Shown here: positions 28,898 to 38,958 of the stretch, in pieces | Layout: each line of letters opens with the position of its first letter | Numbering within the stretch: position 1 is the stretch's first letter | Assembly (NCBI GenBank): GCA_965202805.1 | Contig: OZ241869.1 | Location: forward strand, 1,824,001-1,888,000 | Length of the DNA: 64,000 nt | Origin: Longimicrobiales bacterium | Lineage (GTDB): Bacteria > Gemmatimonadota > Gemmatimonadetes > Longimicrobiales > Gaopeijiaceae | Reading direction: 5' to 3' | Translations under genes and position numbers: made by a program | The notes under the pieces: generated by a model | Told to the model about the DNA's origin: nothing | Seen by the model: the letters and a program-made list of their open reading frames with translations, nothing else | Databases searched by the model: none

Positions 28898-31800
28898 ATG
28901 ATTCCGAAGCAGCCTGGCTGGTCCATGCGTTCCCTCTTGGCCGCCGCGGCGATCTGCGCGTTCGCGGCGCCACCGACCGGGGTGCGCGCCGAGGAGCCGT
29001 CCGCGGACGGTTGGGACGAAGTGGTCCGGTCGATCGCGGAACCTCCGGCGGCGCGCGCGGCTGTCCGCCCCTCGACCCATATATCATGGCGCTGGATCGG
29101 GCCGCCCGCACAGGACTCTGCCAGGCTCGATATCCGCTTCGCGGCAAGCGTGACCGGCTTCACGGACGCCGACTTCGTTATCAGTTGCGCGCCCGTGACT
29201 GCGGCGTGCGCGGAGGTTGCGCCGTTCAGCACCGCCAGCGCCGCGCGCTTTTCCGTCACGCTGAGGATGCCGCAGGACTATGATGGCTTTGTGACCGTCC
29301 ATATCCCCGAGAACATGGCGGAGGACGCTGACGGCGATGGGAACCTCCAGTCGAATCAGCCCGTCATCCCCGTGGACACGAGGGCCCCTCGTTTCACCCT
29401 CGCAACGATCAACGGCGACGAAGTCGTCATCGACTTCGACGAAAACCTCAATGAGAGCGCCGTCCCGGCAGTCGGCGACTTTGCCGTTTCCTTCACCAGG
29501 AGCGGTAATTACCGCACAAGGACCGTATCCGCGGTCGAGGTGTCGGCGAGAAAGGTGTTCCTGAGCCTGGAGGGCCCCGTCGAGCAGGGCGATGTGGTTT
29601 CGGTGTTCTATGACGACAGAGGCGACAACGGGCTCCGGGACCGTGTAGGCAATCGAGTGTTCGGCGGCACTTGGCAGGTGGTAAACGTCACCGGGACGAC
29701 GCGCACCGGGCTTCCCGGCGCGCCGCGCAACCTGACCGCCGAGGCCTACGGCCCCACGGCCATCGATCTGGACTGGCTTGCCCCGACCGCGGACGGCGGC
29801 GCCAGGATCACGGCGTACCGGATTGAGGTGTCGGAGAACGGCGGCGATCCCTGGGCGACTCTGGTGCGCAGCACCCCGGACACCGTAACCGCCTACCGTG
29901 ATGAGGACGTTTCGGCGGGCGACACGCGCCACTACAGGGTGTCGGCGATCAACTTCAACGGCACGGGACCCGTCTCCAACGTGGCTCGCGCCACCACGGA
30001 GGAGGTCGCGCCCAGCGCTCCCCGGCGATTAACGGCGCGGGCCAGGGGGACGTCGGCCATCGAGCTGAGATGGAGCGCCCCCTCCTCCAGCGGCTCGTCG
30101 CCGATCACCGGCTACCGCATCGAGTCGTCGCCCACGGGAACCGGCCGCTGGACCGAGCTCGTGGCCAACACCACGGCCACCACCTACACCGACGACGACC
30201 TCAGGCCCAACACGACGCGCCACTACCGCGTCCTGGCCATCAGCCGGGCGGGCCGGAGCGAGTGGTCGAACACCGACCACGCGACCACCGAAGTGGCCTT
30301 GCCGGGCCCGCCCAGGAGCCTGAGTGTGATGCCGAGCGGCTTGAGAGGAAGCGACCAACTCCTCCTCACCTGGTCGCTCCCGGTCGACGACGGCGGGAGC
30401 GAGATCACCGGCTACCTGATCGAGAGGTCCGCCACCCGTGTCGGCGTCTGGCTACCGCTCGTGACCAACACCGGCAACGCGGACCGCATCTACACCGACA
30501 GCAATCTCAGTCCCGCCACCACCTGGTTCTATCGCGTGTCCGCGATCAACAGCAAAGGGGTGGGACGCGCCTCCAGCGTGGCCAGCGGCACCACCAAGGC
30601 CGCGCGTCCCGGGCCACCGCAACGCGTGCGTGCGCTCGCGACCGGACCGAACAGCATCCGCCTCGCCTGGGACCCGCCGGAGACCGATGGCGGGGAGCGC
30701 GTCACCGGCTACGCCATCCAGAGGATTGGGCCCAACGACAACGCCTGGATCACCCACCGTTCCGACACGGGGACGAGGGCAACCACGTTCACGGACACCG
30801 GACTGGAGCCGGTGACCCGGTACCGGTACCGGGTCGCGGCCATCAACGGCGTGGGCCGGGGGGAGTACTCGCCGGCGCCCCCGTTGCCCCCGGCGGCGGC
30901 CATCACGCACGCCGACTTCGCCGGGGTCCCGACCGGGCTGACGGCGCGGGCGGTGGGCACGGCGCGCATCGACCTTGCGTGGAACGCGCCCCGCTACACG
31001 GGCGGCGTCTCGATCATCGGCTACCGCATCGAGGCCTCCGACGACGGGGGCTCGACCTGGAATATCATCCGCCGCAACACGAGCGCGAGGACGACGACGT
31101 ACTCCGACGTGAACCTCCGGCCCGCGACCACGCGGCACTACCGGGTCGCGGCGATCAACCTGGCGGGGGTGGGGAAGTTCTCCAACACGGCGCGGGCGAC
31201 CACCGACGCGACCCTTCCGGGGGTGCCGCGACGTCTCAGCGCCGACGCGGTCGGCACCTCGCAGATCGGCCTCTCCTGGCAGGCGCCCTCGGACGACGGG
31301 GGCGCACGTGTGACCGGCTACCGCATCGAGGTGTCGGCCGACGGGGGCAGGAGCTGGGAGGACCTGGTGGCCAACACGCGCACTACGGCCACCATCCACA
31401 CCCACACCGGCCTCGCGCCGGCCTCGACGCGGCACTACCGCGTCTCGGCGATCAACCGGATCGGCGTGGGCAATGCGTCGCGGGTCGCGGGCTCGACGAC
31501 GGACGCCACCGTGCCGGACGCGCCCACCGGGCTCATGGCCAACGACGTCACGCCCACGCAGATCGACCTCGCGTGGATCGCGCCTGCCTACAACGGCGGA
31601 GCCCGCATCACCGGCTACCGCATCGAGGTCTCGGAGACGGGCGCCGTCTGGGTCGACCTGGAGACCAACACCCAGTCCACGGTCACCGCCTACTCGCATA
31701 CCGGGCTGCTGCCGGGGAGCGTGCGCCACTACCGCGTCTCGGCGATCAACCGGGCGGGCACCGGCGCGCCGTCGGGGAGCGCTTCGGCCGCAACCGACGA

Positions 31801-33199
31801 CCCCGTACAGCGCGCGGGGCGGATGAACACCCACGTCCTGCCGCATGTGGCGGCCGCGATGACGTCGAGCACGGTCTCGGCGATCGCCCGCCGGGTCGAC
31901 CTGGTGGCCAGCGGGATGGGGATGGAGCGGCGCGTGGAGACGAACGGGCTCTCGTCGATGGCCGCGAGCCTGTCCGCACCGGGCGCAGGAGGCCTCGGCC
32001 TCGCGCAGGGTGACCAGGCCGGTCTCGCCGCCCTCTTCGGCGGCACCTCCTTTACGATGCCGTTCGGGGCGCCGGGCGCGCAGCAGCAGTCGGCCACCGG
32101 CACGCAGCTGGCGAGCTGGGGCGCGGGCGAGTACCACCACCTCGGCGAACCCGGCGCGACCGATGTCGACTGGAAAGGCAACATGGTGAGCGCCCACGCC
32201 GGCGCGGACGTGCGCATAGGGCCGGACATCCTGGCGGGGGTCGCGGGCTCGTACAACTCGGGCAACTTCGATTTCACCGACAAGACCGGCGCCAGCCCGG
32301 TAACCGGGACCTACGGCACCACCATGACCAGCGTGCACCCCTACCTGGCGTGGTTCTCGGGCGCGCGCGGCAGCTCGGTGTGGGGCTCGGCCGGATACGG
32401 CCGCGGCGAAGTCGAGGTCGACGACGTGCGCGAGGGACTCCGCACCAGCCCGGCCAGCACGCTGACGGGGGCAGGGGGCGCCAGCTACCAGCTGTTCACC
32501 AGGGGCGAGGGCGGCGTGCGCCTCAAGGCCGAGGGCTGGTACGGCCGGGTCAAGGTCGACGGCGGCGAACGGATCGAGGCGGTGACGCTCGACATGCAGC
32601 GCGGCAAGCTCGCGCTGGAGCTGACGCAGGGCTTCCGCACGGACACCGGGCACGAGATGGCGTTCCTGCTCGAGGGCGGGATGCGCTACGACAACGGCGA
32701 CGGCGTGAACGGGGCCAGCGCGGAAGTCGGCGGCGGGCTCCGCTACACCAACTCCGGCATGGGGCTGATCGCGGAGGGCCGCGGACGGTTCGTGATCTCG
32801 GCGCGCGACGGCTACGAGGAATGGGGACTCGGCGGCATGCTCCAGTTCGACCCGGCGGTCCGCGGCCAGGGGCTCTCGATCCGGGTGGCGCCATCGTACG
32901 GCGACCACAGGAGCGGGGTGAACCAGTTGTGGGAGCGCGGAGTGTCCGATGCGGTGGGCGGCCAACATCCGGGCATGGGCCCGAACGTGGATGGCGAGGT
33001 CGCGTACGGCATCGCCGGCTTGGGGACGCCCTACAGCGGCTTCTATCTGGCCGAGAGCGGCATGCGCGCATTCAGTAGCGGCGTACGCTACGACCTGGGC
33101 GCGGGCGTCGGGCTACGGCTCGAGGGGACGCGACGCGAGAGCGGGCCTGGAGGAGCGCAACACTCGGTGGGCGTCCGCGGGAGGATCAAGTTGTGGTAG
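28898..33199 (+). CDS. Fibronectin type III repeat protein with C-terminal autotransporter-like beta-barrel, copy 1
   Basis: Signal peptide, about 7 Fn3 repeats (PGAPRNLTA, W.AP..DGG..ITGYRIE, TRHYRVSAIN), barrel ending VGVRGRIKLW. Confidence 0.88.
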   Translation: MIPKQPGWSMRSLLAAAAICAFAAPPTGVRAEEPSADGWDEVVRSIAEPPAARAAVRPSTHISWRWIGPPAQDSARLDIRFAASVTGFTDADFVISCAPVTAACAEVAPFSTASAARFSVTLRMPQDYDGFVTVHIPENMAEDADGDGNLQSNQPVIPVDTRAPRFTLATINGDEVVIDFDENLNESAVPAVGDFAVSFTRSGNYRTRTVSAVEVSARKVFLSLEGPVEQGDVVSVFYDDRGDNGLRDRVGNRVFGGTWQVVNVTGTTRTGLPGAPRNLTAEAYGPTAIDLDWLAPTADGGARITAYRIEVSENGGDPWATLVRSTPDTVTAYRDEDVSAGDTRHYRVSAINFNGTGPVSNVARATTEEVAPSAPRRLTARARGTSAIELRWSAPSSSGSSPITGYRIESSPTGTGRWTELVANTTATTYTDDDLRPNTTRHYRVLAISRAGRSEWSNTDHATTEVALPGPPRSLSVMPSGLRGSDQLLLTWSLPVDDGGSEITGYLIERSATRVGVWLPLVTNTGNADRIYTDSNLSPATTWFYRVSAINSKGVGRASSVASGTTKAARPGPPQRVRALATGPNSIRLAWDPPETDGGERVTGYAIQRIGPNDNAWITHRSDTGTRATTFTDTGLEPVTRYRYRVAAINGVGRGEYSPAPPLPPAAAITHADFAGVPTGLTARAVGTARIDLAWNAPRYTGGVSIIGYRIEASDDGGSTWNIIRRNTSARTTTYSDVNLRPATTRHYRVAAINLAGVGKFSNTARATTDATLPGVPRRLSADAVGTSQIGLSWQAPSDDGGARVTGYRIEVSADGGRSWEDLVANTRTTATIHTHTGLAPASTRHYRVSAINRIGVGNASRVAGSTTDATVPDAPTGLMANDVTPTQIDLAWIAPAYNGGARITGYRIEVSETGAVWVDLETNTQSTVTAYSHTGLLPGSVRHYRVSAINRAGTGAPSGSASAATDDPVQRAGRMNTHVLPHVAAAMTSSTVSAIARRVDLVASGMGMERRVETNGLSSMAASLSAPGAGGLGLAQGDQAGLAALFGGTSFTMPFGAPGAQQQSATGTQLASWGAGEYHHLGEPGATDVDWKGNMVSAHAGADVRIGPDILAGVAGSYNSGNFDFTDKTGASPVTGTYGTTMTSVHPYLAWFSGARGSSVWGSAGYGRGEVEVDDVREGLRTSPASTLTGAGGASYQLFTRGEGGVRLKAEGWYGRVKVDGGERIEAVTLDMQRGKLALELTQGFRTDTGHEMAFLLEGGMRYDNGDGVNGASAEVGGGLRYTNSGMGLIAEGRGRFVISARDGYEEWGLGGMLQFDPAVRGQGLSIRVAPSYGDHRSGVNQLWERGVSDAVGGQHPGMGPNVDGEVAYGIAGLGTPYSGFYLAESGMRAFSSGVRYDLGAGVGLRLEGTRRESGPGGAQHSVGVRGRIKLW

Positions 33200-33413
33200 A
33201 GGAAACCCGACGTATCTCGATCGCATCAGAGCCGTGCGCACATGGGCACTTGGCAGCTTGCGCCGCAAGAGACGATTCACGGCACCCGAACACACTACAG
33301 GTAGTAGTAGGGGCGCGTTAGCATACCATAGGTAGTAGTGCGAGACTTCTGCGGCGCAGACTGGAGTGTTACCGGCACACCGACGAGGTACAACGCAGGA
33401 CGGCTCAGGATCG

Positions 33414-33659
33414 TCAGGTCACGGTCGTCGCGTCCGGGGACGCGTCGGAATCGCTCGCGGAAACCCGCTTGTGGTGATCCATACGCATCTGCCGGGCAGC
33501 ACTCTCGGCCTGTTGGCTCACCTCCTTACGAGCGGCAAGCTTGTCTTTCGCGGTTGTACGCCATAGCCGTAGCTGGGGTAACAGCAACAGGAACGTCGCG
33601 GCCTGCAGAAGGCATCCGATCACGATGGCCACGTTGGCTGCCCTAACGAGATCGTCCAT
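33414..33659 (-). CDS. Small hypothetical membrane protein
   Basis: One hydrophobic segment; overlaps the upstream ORF. Confidence 0.35.
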   Translation of the reverse strand: MDDLVRAANVAIVIGCLLQAATFLLLLPQLRLWRTTAKDKLAARKEVSQQAESAARQMRMDHHKRVSASDSDASPDATTVT

Positions 33660-34002
33660 CCAACTGCTCGTTCTCGGGATCGTTTTCGGGATCGGGGGTC
33701 GTGTCCTCGCCGAGGACGCCATCGGCGTACCGTAGGCGCGTTCTTTGCAGCAGCATGAAAGCTTCCCATTCCGGCGTTCGCATGGCTTCTGGCGACCAGG
33801 GTTCTGCTCCCCATTCGCCGCGAATCGCTGATGAGAGTTCTTCCTGCAATTCGTCGAGGGCGGCTGCCAGCTTCAGTTGAGTTGTGGGCGGGAGGGCCGC
33901 AATCAACGAGCCCAAGAACTTCGCGATGGTCAAAAGCGATAGAGTGTTGGCCCAAGTGGCGTCGTCAACCGGCGTCTGGGTCGCGGGGGGCTGGCTCGTC
34001 AC
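33643..34002 (-). CDS. Hypothetical protein
   Basis: GTG start overlaps the GIY-YIG-like stop (GTGA). Confidence 0.45.
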   Translation of the reverse strand: MTSQPPATQTPVDDATWANTLSLLTIAKFLGSLIAALPPTTQLKLAAALDELQEELSSAIRGEWGAEPWSPEAMRTPEWEAFMLLQRTRLRYADGVLGEDTTPDPENDPENEQLDGRSR

Positions 34003-34208
34003 GGTCCCGTTGGACGGCCCTTTCTGCGCTGCTCGTGCTCCCACTGTCGGGCGGCCTGCAGAGAGTGCCGGTATCCCTCTTTCATCATGTAGGCGCCAGC
34101 TCCGAACCTGCGCTTATGCTCTTGCTCGCGGCGTTCCGGATTCCTAGTGATTCCAACATGCACCGTCCTCCGGTTCCGCACGATGCGGTACAGCGTGTAC
34201 GTTGCCAT
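33999..34208 (-). CDS. Minimal GIY-YIG nuclease-like protein
   Basis: 69 aa; YTLYRI..VHVGITRNPERREQEH..A..WE; RBS AGGAGG. Confidence 0.65.
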   Translation of the reverse strand: MATYTLYRIVRNRRTVHVGITRNPERREQEHKRRFGAGAYMMKEGYRHSLQAARQWEHEQRRKGRPTGP

Positions 34209-34516
34209 CCATGCCTCCTGACGAAGGTTGCGATCAGGTGAATCATAACAGTTGTCGGAGACGCCTACAATCCGGTTTCAGACCGTCAACGGTCGCAGTG
34301 CATCAGCCGTCGCCCGACCTGCCCGATGACGTGCTGCATCGTCCGCAGGGATAGCCTCAATCCCCTTGCGCGGACGTTGCAAGTCCGCGCACACGTTGGT
34401 GATACGGGCCACCTGACGGGGAGCGTGAGACGATGGCTGAACGGGCGGGAGCAGTTGCGCCAGCGCGCCACGCGCGGCAGGGACTGGCTGACCTGGAATG
34501 CCAGCGCGCGTTTCAT

Positions 34517-37500
34517 CTACCGCAATCTGATCCGTCCGCGGACACCCACCGAGTGCTGCGCCCCAGCGGGACCGCTCTCGCGCCGCGTGCCCTCAAGGCG
34601 CAGCCCGACGCCCGCGCCGAGGTCGTAGCGCACGCCGCTTGAGAAGGCGCGCGCCCCGCCCCCGGCGAGGTGGAAGCCGCCGTAGGGCGTCCCCTGGAAG
34701 CCGGCGATGCCGTAGGCCACCTCGCCGTCCACGCTGGGGCCCGTGCCCAGGCCGTGGCCGCCCATCGCGTCGGAGACCCCGCGCTCCCAAAGCTGGTCCA
34801 CCCCACTCCTGTGGTCGCCGTATGAAGGTGCCACCCGGATCGAGAGTCCCTCGCCCCGGGCCGCCGGGTCGAGCATGAGCGTGCCGCCGAAGCCCCACTC
34901 CTCGTAGCCTTCGCGCGAAGAGAGGACGAAGCGGCCGCGGCCCTCCGCGGTCACGCCCAGGCGGGAGTTCGTGTAGCGGAGTCCGCCCCCGACTTCCGCG
35001 CCGGCGCCGTTCACACCGTCGCCGTTGTCGTATCGCATCCCGCCCTCGAGCACGACTGCGAGTTCGTGCCCGGTGTCGGTGCGGAAGCCCTGCGTCAACT
35101 CCAGGGCGAGCTTGCCGCGCTGCATGTCGAGCGTGACCGCCTCAATCTGCGCGCCGCCGTCGACCTTGACCCGGCTGTACCAGCCCTCGGCCTTGATGCG
35201 GATGCCACGCGCGCCGCTGTCGAGTAACTGGTAGCCGGCGCCTCCCGCTCCCGTCAGCATGCTGGCCGGGCTGGTGCGGAGTCCCTCGCGCACGTCGTCG
35301 ACCTCGATTTCGCCCCGGCCGAGACCGGCCGAGCCCCACACCGAGGTGCCGCGCGCGTCGGAGAACCACGCCAGGTAGGGATGCACGCCGGTCATGGTGG
35401 CGCCATAGGTGCCCCTCACCGGGCTGGCGCCGGTCTTGTCGGTGAAGTCGAAGCCGCCGGAGGAGTACGAGCCCGCGACACCCGCCAGGATGTCCGGTCC
35501 CACCCGCACGTCCACGCCGGCGTGGGCGCTCACCATGTTGCCCTTCCAGTCGAGGGCGCTCGCGCCGGGCTCGCCGAGGTGGTGATACTCGCCGCCGCCC
35601 CAACTCGCCAGTTGCGTGCCGGTGGACGACTGCTGCTGCGCGCCCGACGCCCGGAACGGCATCTGGAAGGAGGTGCCGCCGAAGAGCGCGGCCAGTCCGG
35701 CTTGATCGCCTTGGGCGAGGCCCAGCCCGCCCGCGCCCGGCGCCGACAGGCTCGCGGCCATCGACGAGAGTCCGTTCGTCTCCACGCGCCGCTCCATCCC
35801 CATCCCGCTGGCTACCACGTCCACCCGGCGGGCGATCGCCGAGACCGTGCTCGACGTCATCGCGGCCGCCACGTGCGGCAGGACGCTCGTGTTCAGCCGC
35901 CCCGCGCGCTGGACGGGGTCGTCCGTGGCCGCCGAAGCGCTCCCCGACGGCGCGCCGGTGCCCGCCCGGTTGATCGCCGAGACCCGGTAGTGGCGCACGC
36001 TCCCCGGCTGCAGGCCGGTGTGCGAGAAGGCGGTGACCGTGGACTGGGTGTTGGTCTCCAGGTCGACCCAGGCGGCGCCCGTCTCCGAGACCTCGATGCG
36101 GTAACCCGTGATGCGCGCGCCGCCGTTGTAGGCGGGCGCGACCCAGAACAGGTCGATCTGCGTGGGCGTGACGTCGTTGGCCATGAGCCCGGTGGGCGCG
36201 TCGGGCACGGTGGCGTCCGTGGTCGAGCCCGCGACCCGCGACGCATTGCCCACGCCGATCCGGTTGATCGCCGAGACGCGGTAGTGCCTCGTCGAGGCCG
36301 GCTCGAGCCCGCCGTGCGTGTAAATGGTGGCCGGGGTGCGCGTGTTGGCCACCAGGTCCTCCCAGCTCCTGCCCCCGTCGGCCGACACCTCGATGCGGTA
36401 GCCGGTGATGCGCGCACCCCCGTCGTCCGAGGGCGCCTGCCAGGAGAGGCCGATCTGCGAGGTGCCGACCGCGTCGGCGCTGAGACGCCGCGGCACCCCC
36501 GGAAGGGTCGCCTCGGTGGTCGCCCGCGCCGTGTTCGAGAACTGCCCCACCCCCGCCAGGTTGATCGCCGCGACCCGGTAGTGCCGCGTGGTCGCGGGCC
36601 GGAGGTTGACGTCGGAGAACGTCGTCGTCCTCGCGTTCGTGTTGCGGCGGATGATGTTCCAGGTGCCGCCCCCGTCGTCGGAGGCCTCGATGCGGTAGCC
36701 GATGATCGAGACGCCGCCGGTGTAGCGGGGCGCGTTCCACGCCAGATCGATGCGCGCCGTGCCCACCGCCTGGGCCGTCAGCCCGGTCGGGACCCCGGCG
36801 AAGTCGGCGTGCGTAAGGGCCGTCGCCGGGAGCGCCGGGGGCATCGGCGACCATGCCCCTTCGCCCACGCGGTTTATGGCCCGAACCCGGTAACTGTACC
36901 GGGTCACCGGCTTGAGCCCGGTGTGCGTGAAGGTCCTCGTCGTCGTCCCCGTGTTACGCTCGAGATCGATCCACGAGTTGTCGTTGGGCCCTTGCACCTG
37001 GATGCCGTAGCCGGTGACGCGCTCCCCGCCATCGTTCTCCGGCGGGTCCCAGGCGAGGAGGATGCTTTTCGGTCCGGTCGCGCGCGCACGCACGTTCTGC
37101 GGCGGCCCGGGCGGCGCCGCGGTGGTCATCGCGTTGCGCACGCTGGATGGAGGTCCCGTCCCCTGGCTGTTGACCGCGGACACGCGATAGAACCAGGTGG
37201 TCGCGGGTCTGAGGCGGGTGTCGAGGTAGGTGGTGGTCGTGCTGTTGGTGCTGGGCACCAGGATGATCCAGCCCGTGTTGCCGTTGGGGGACCTCTCGAT
37301 GCGGTAGCCGGTGATGGCGCTCCCGCCGTTGTCGGACGGAGCCGACCATGTGAGGAGGAGCTGGCCGCTTCCCCTCAAGCCGCTCGGGGTCACCCTGAGC
37401 CCCGTCGGCCGGCTCGGAACGGTGACCTCGGTGGTGGCCCGGGCGGTGTTCGACCAATCGCTGTGGCCCGCCCGGGTGATGGCCCTGACCCGGTAGTGGC

Positions 37501-38803
37501 GGGTGGTGCCGGCACTCAGGTCGCGGTGGGTGTAGGTGGTGGACGTGGTGTTGGCCACGCGCACGCTCCAAGGGTCGTTTCCCGTGAGCGACGACTCGAT
37601 GCGGTAGCCGGTGATCGGCGACGAGCCCCTGGTCGAGGGGGCGCTCCAGCTCAGCTCGATGGCCGACGTCCCCCTGGCCCGCGCCGTCAATCGCCGGGGA
37701 GCGCTGGGCAGCACATGCTGCGTGGTGGCGTCGGCCACGTTGGACGGGTCTCCCACCCCATTGAAGTTGATCGCCGAAACCCTGTAGTGGCGCGTCTCGC
37801 CCCCGGAGAGACCCGTGTGGCTGTAGCTGGTGTCGGTGTTCCGGGTATTGCGCACCAGATTGGACCAGGTGGTGCCGGCATTCGTCGACACCTCGATCAG
37901 GTACCCGGTGATCCTGGCGCCGCCGTCCGAGCTCGGCGGATCCCACTCCAGGTCGATCGTGTCGGTGCCGACGGCCTCCGCCGTGAGGTTGCGCGGCTCG
38001 CCGGGGACTCCGGTGCGCGTCGTCCCGGTGAGGTTCCGCGCCACGCGGTCGAAGCGGAGCGCGAGATTGCCGACCGCGTCCCTGGCCGCGTTGTCGCCGC
38101 CGGCGCCGTAGAACACGCTCACCTCGTCGCCCCGCTCGACGGGGCCCTCCAAGAGCAGAAATATTTCGTCCGCCGACAGCTCGACCTCGGATACCCGCCT
38201 GGTGTGGAACGTGCCGCTCCGGATGAAGGACACGGAGAAGTCGCTGGCCGACGGGACGAAGTCGTCATCGAGGTCTTCGTCGAAGACGACGACGACCTCT
38301 TCGCCGTTGACCTTCACCTCGTCCACCTCCGGGGCCTTGTTGTCAACGCGGAAGTCGTGTGTCCTGGCTCTGCTCTCTTCGCCTCGCCTGTTCTCTGCCG
38401 CGCCCGCAGGGATGGTGACGATTACCGTGCGGTCATAGTCCGGATCCGTGATGAGGTGGAGCGCGTAGTTCGAGCAATAGTCCGCGTCGCAGTCCTCCAG
38501 GACATCCTTGGTGGCGCCGAAGACCTCGATCTCCCCGATCGTGAGACCGGTCACGGCCTGCGAGAAACCGATGTTGATGCGGATTTCCTCGTGCACGGAC
38601 CCCGTGAAGGTATGCGAAAGCCTGACCGTGGGGGCGACTGCCGCGCGCGCTGCAGCAACTCCCGCGGCGGACCGGACTCCCTCATCCCAGCCATCCGCGG
38701 ACGGCTCCTGAGCGCGCGCGCGCGTCGGTGGAACCAGGAACGCGCAGATCGCTGCGGCAGCCAGAATGGGACGAACGGGTACGCCAGGCTGATTCGGAGT
38801 CAT
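34517..38803 (-). CDS. Fibronectin type III repeat protein with autotransporter-like beta-barrel, copy 2
   Basis: Inverted paralog of 28898-33199; divergent N-terminus, near-identical C-terminal half. Confidence 0.88.
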   Translation of the reverse strand: MTPNQPGVPVRPILAAAAICAFLVPPTRARAQEPSADGWDEGVRSAAGVAAARAAVAPTVRLSHTFTGSVHEEIRINIGFSQAVTGLTIGEIEVFGATKDVLEDCDADYCSNYALHLITDPDYDRTVIVTIPAGAAENRRGEESRARTHDFRVDNKAPEVDEVKVNGEEVVVVFDEDLDDDFVPSASDFSVSFIRSGTFHTRRVSEVELSADEIFLLLEGPVERGDEVSVFYGAGGDNAARDAVGNLALRFDRVARNLTGTTRTGVPGEPRNLTAEAVGTDTIDLEWDPPSSDGGARITGYLIEVSTNAGTTWSNLVRNTRNTDTSYSHTGLSGGETRHYRVSAINFNGVGDPSNVADATTQHVLPSAPRRLTARARGTSAIELSWSAPSTRGSSPITGYRIESSLTGNDPWSVRVANTTSTTYTHRDLSAGTTRHYRVRAITRAGHSDWSNTARATTEVTVPSRPTGLRVTPSGLRGSGQLLLTWSAPSDNGGSAITGYRIERSPNGNTGWIILVPSTNSTTTTYLDTRLRPATTWFYRVSAVNSQGTGPPSSVRNAMTTAAPPGPPQNVRARATGPKSILLAWDPPENDGGERVTGYGIQVQGPNDNSWIDLERNTGTTTRTFTHTGLKPVTRYSYRVRAINRVGEGAWSPMPPALPATALTHADFAGVPTGLTAQAVGTARIDLAWNAPRYTGGVSIIGYRIEASDDGGGTWNIIRRNTNARTTTFSDVNLRPATTRHYRVAAINLAGVGQFSNTARATTEATLPGVPRRLSADAVGTSQIGLSWQAPSDDGGARITGYRIEVSADGGRSWEDLVANTRTPATIYTHGGLEPASTRHYRVSAINRIGVGNASRVAGSTTDATVPDAPTGLMANDVTPTQIDLFWVAPAYNGGARITGYRIEVSETGAAWVDLETNTQSTVTAFSHTGLQPGSVRHYRVSAINRAGTGAPSGSASAATDDPVQRAGRLNTSVLPHVAAAMTSSTVSAIARRVDVVASGMGMERRVETNGLSSMAASLSAPGAGGLGLAQGDQAGLAALFGGTSFQMPFRASGAQQQSSTGTQLASWGGGEYHHLGEPGASALDWKGNMVSAHAGVDVRVGPDILAGVAGSYSSGGFDFTDKTGASPVRGTYGATMTGVHPYLAWFSDARGTSVWGSAGLGRGEIEVDDVREGLRTSPASMLTGAGGAGYQLLDSGARGIRIKAEGWYSRVKVDGGAQIEAVTLDMQRGKLALELTQGFRTDTGHELAVVLEGGMRYDNGDGVNGAGAEVGGGLRYTNSRLGVTAEGRGRFVLSSREGYEEWGFGGTLMLDPAARGEGLSIRVAPSYGDHRSGVDQLWERGVSDAMGGHGLGTGPSVDGEVAYGIAGFQGTPYGGFHLAGGGARAFSSGVRYDLGAGVGLRLEGTRRESGPAGAQHSVGVRGRIRLR

Positions 38804-38858
38804 CGGTGCCGTCTCTGCGTCAGATGAACGCGCGGTGGAATAGGGACTTGAACGAGCG

Positions 38859-38945
38859 TCACCCCCCGCCCGGAAGGTCCCGGACGGGGGGTGAGCCGTC
38901 CTGCGACCATCGGCCTGACCGGTGACGAGTCAGCCAGGCCGATGG
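38859..38945 (-). terminator. Conserved intergenic double hairpin, copy 2
   Basis: Homolog of 28765-28850 with compensatory stem changes. Confidence 0.6.
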
Positions 38946-38958
38946 TGTTGAAGGGTGA

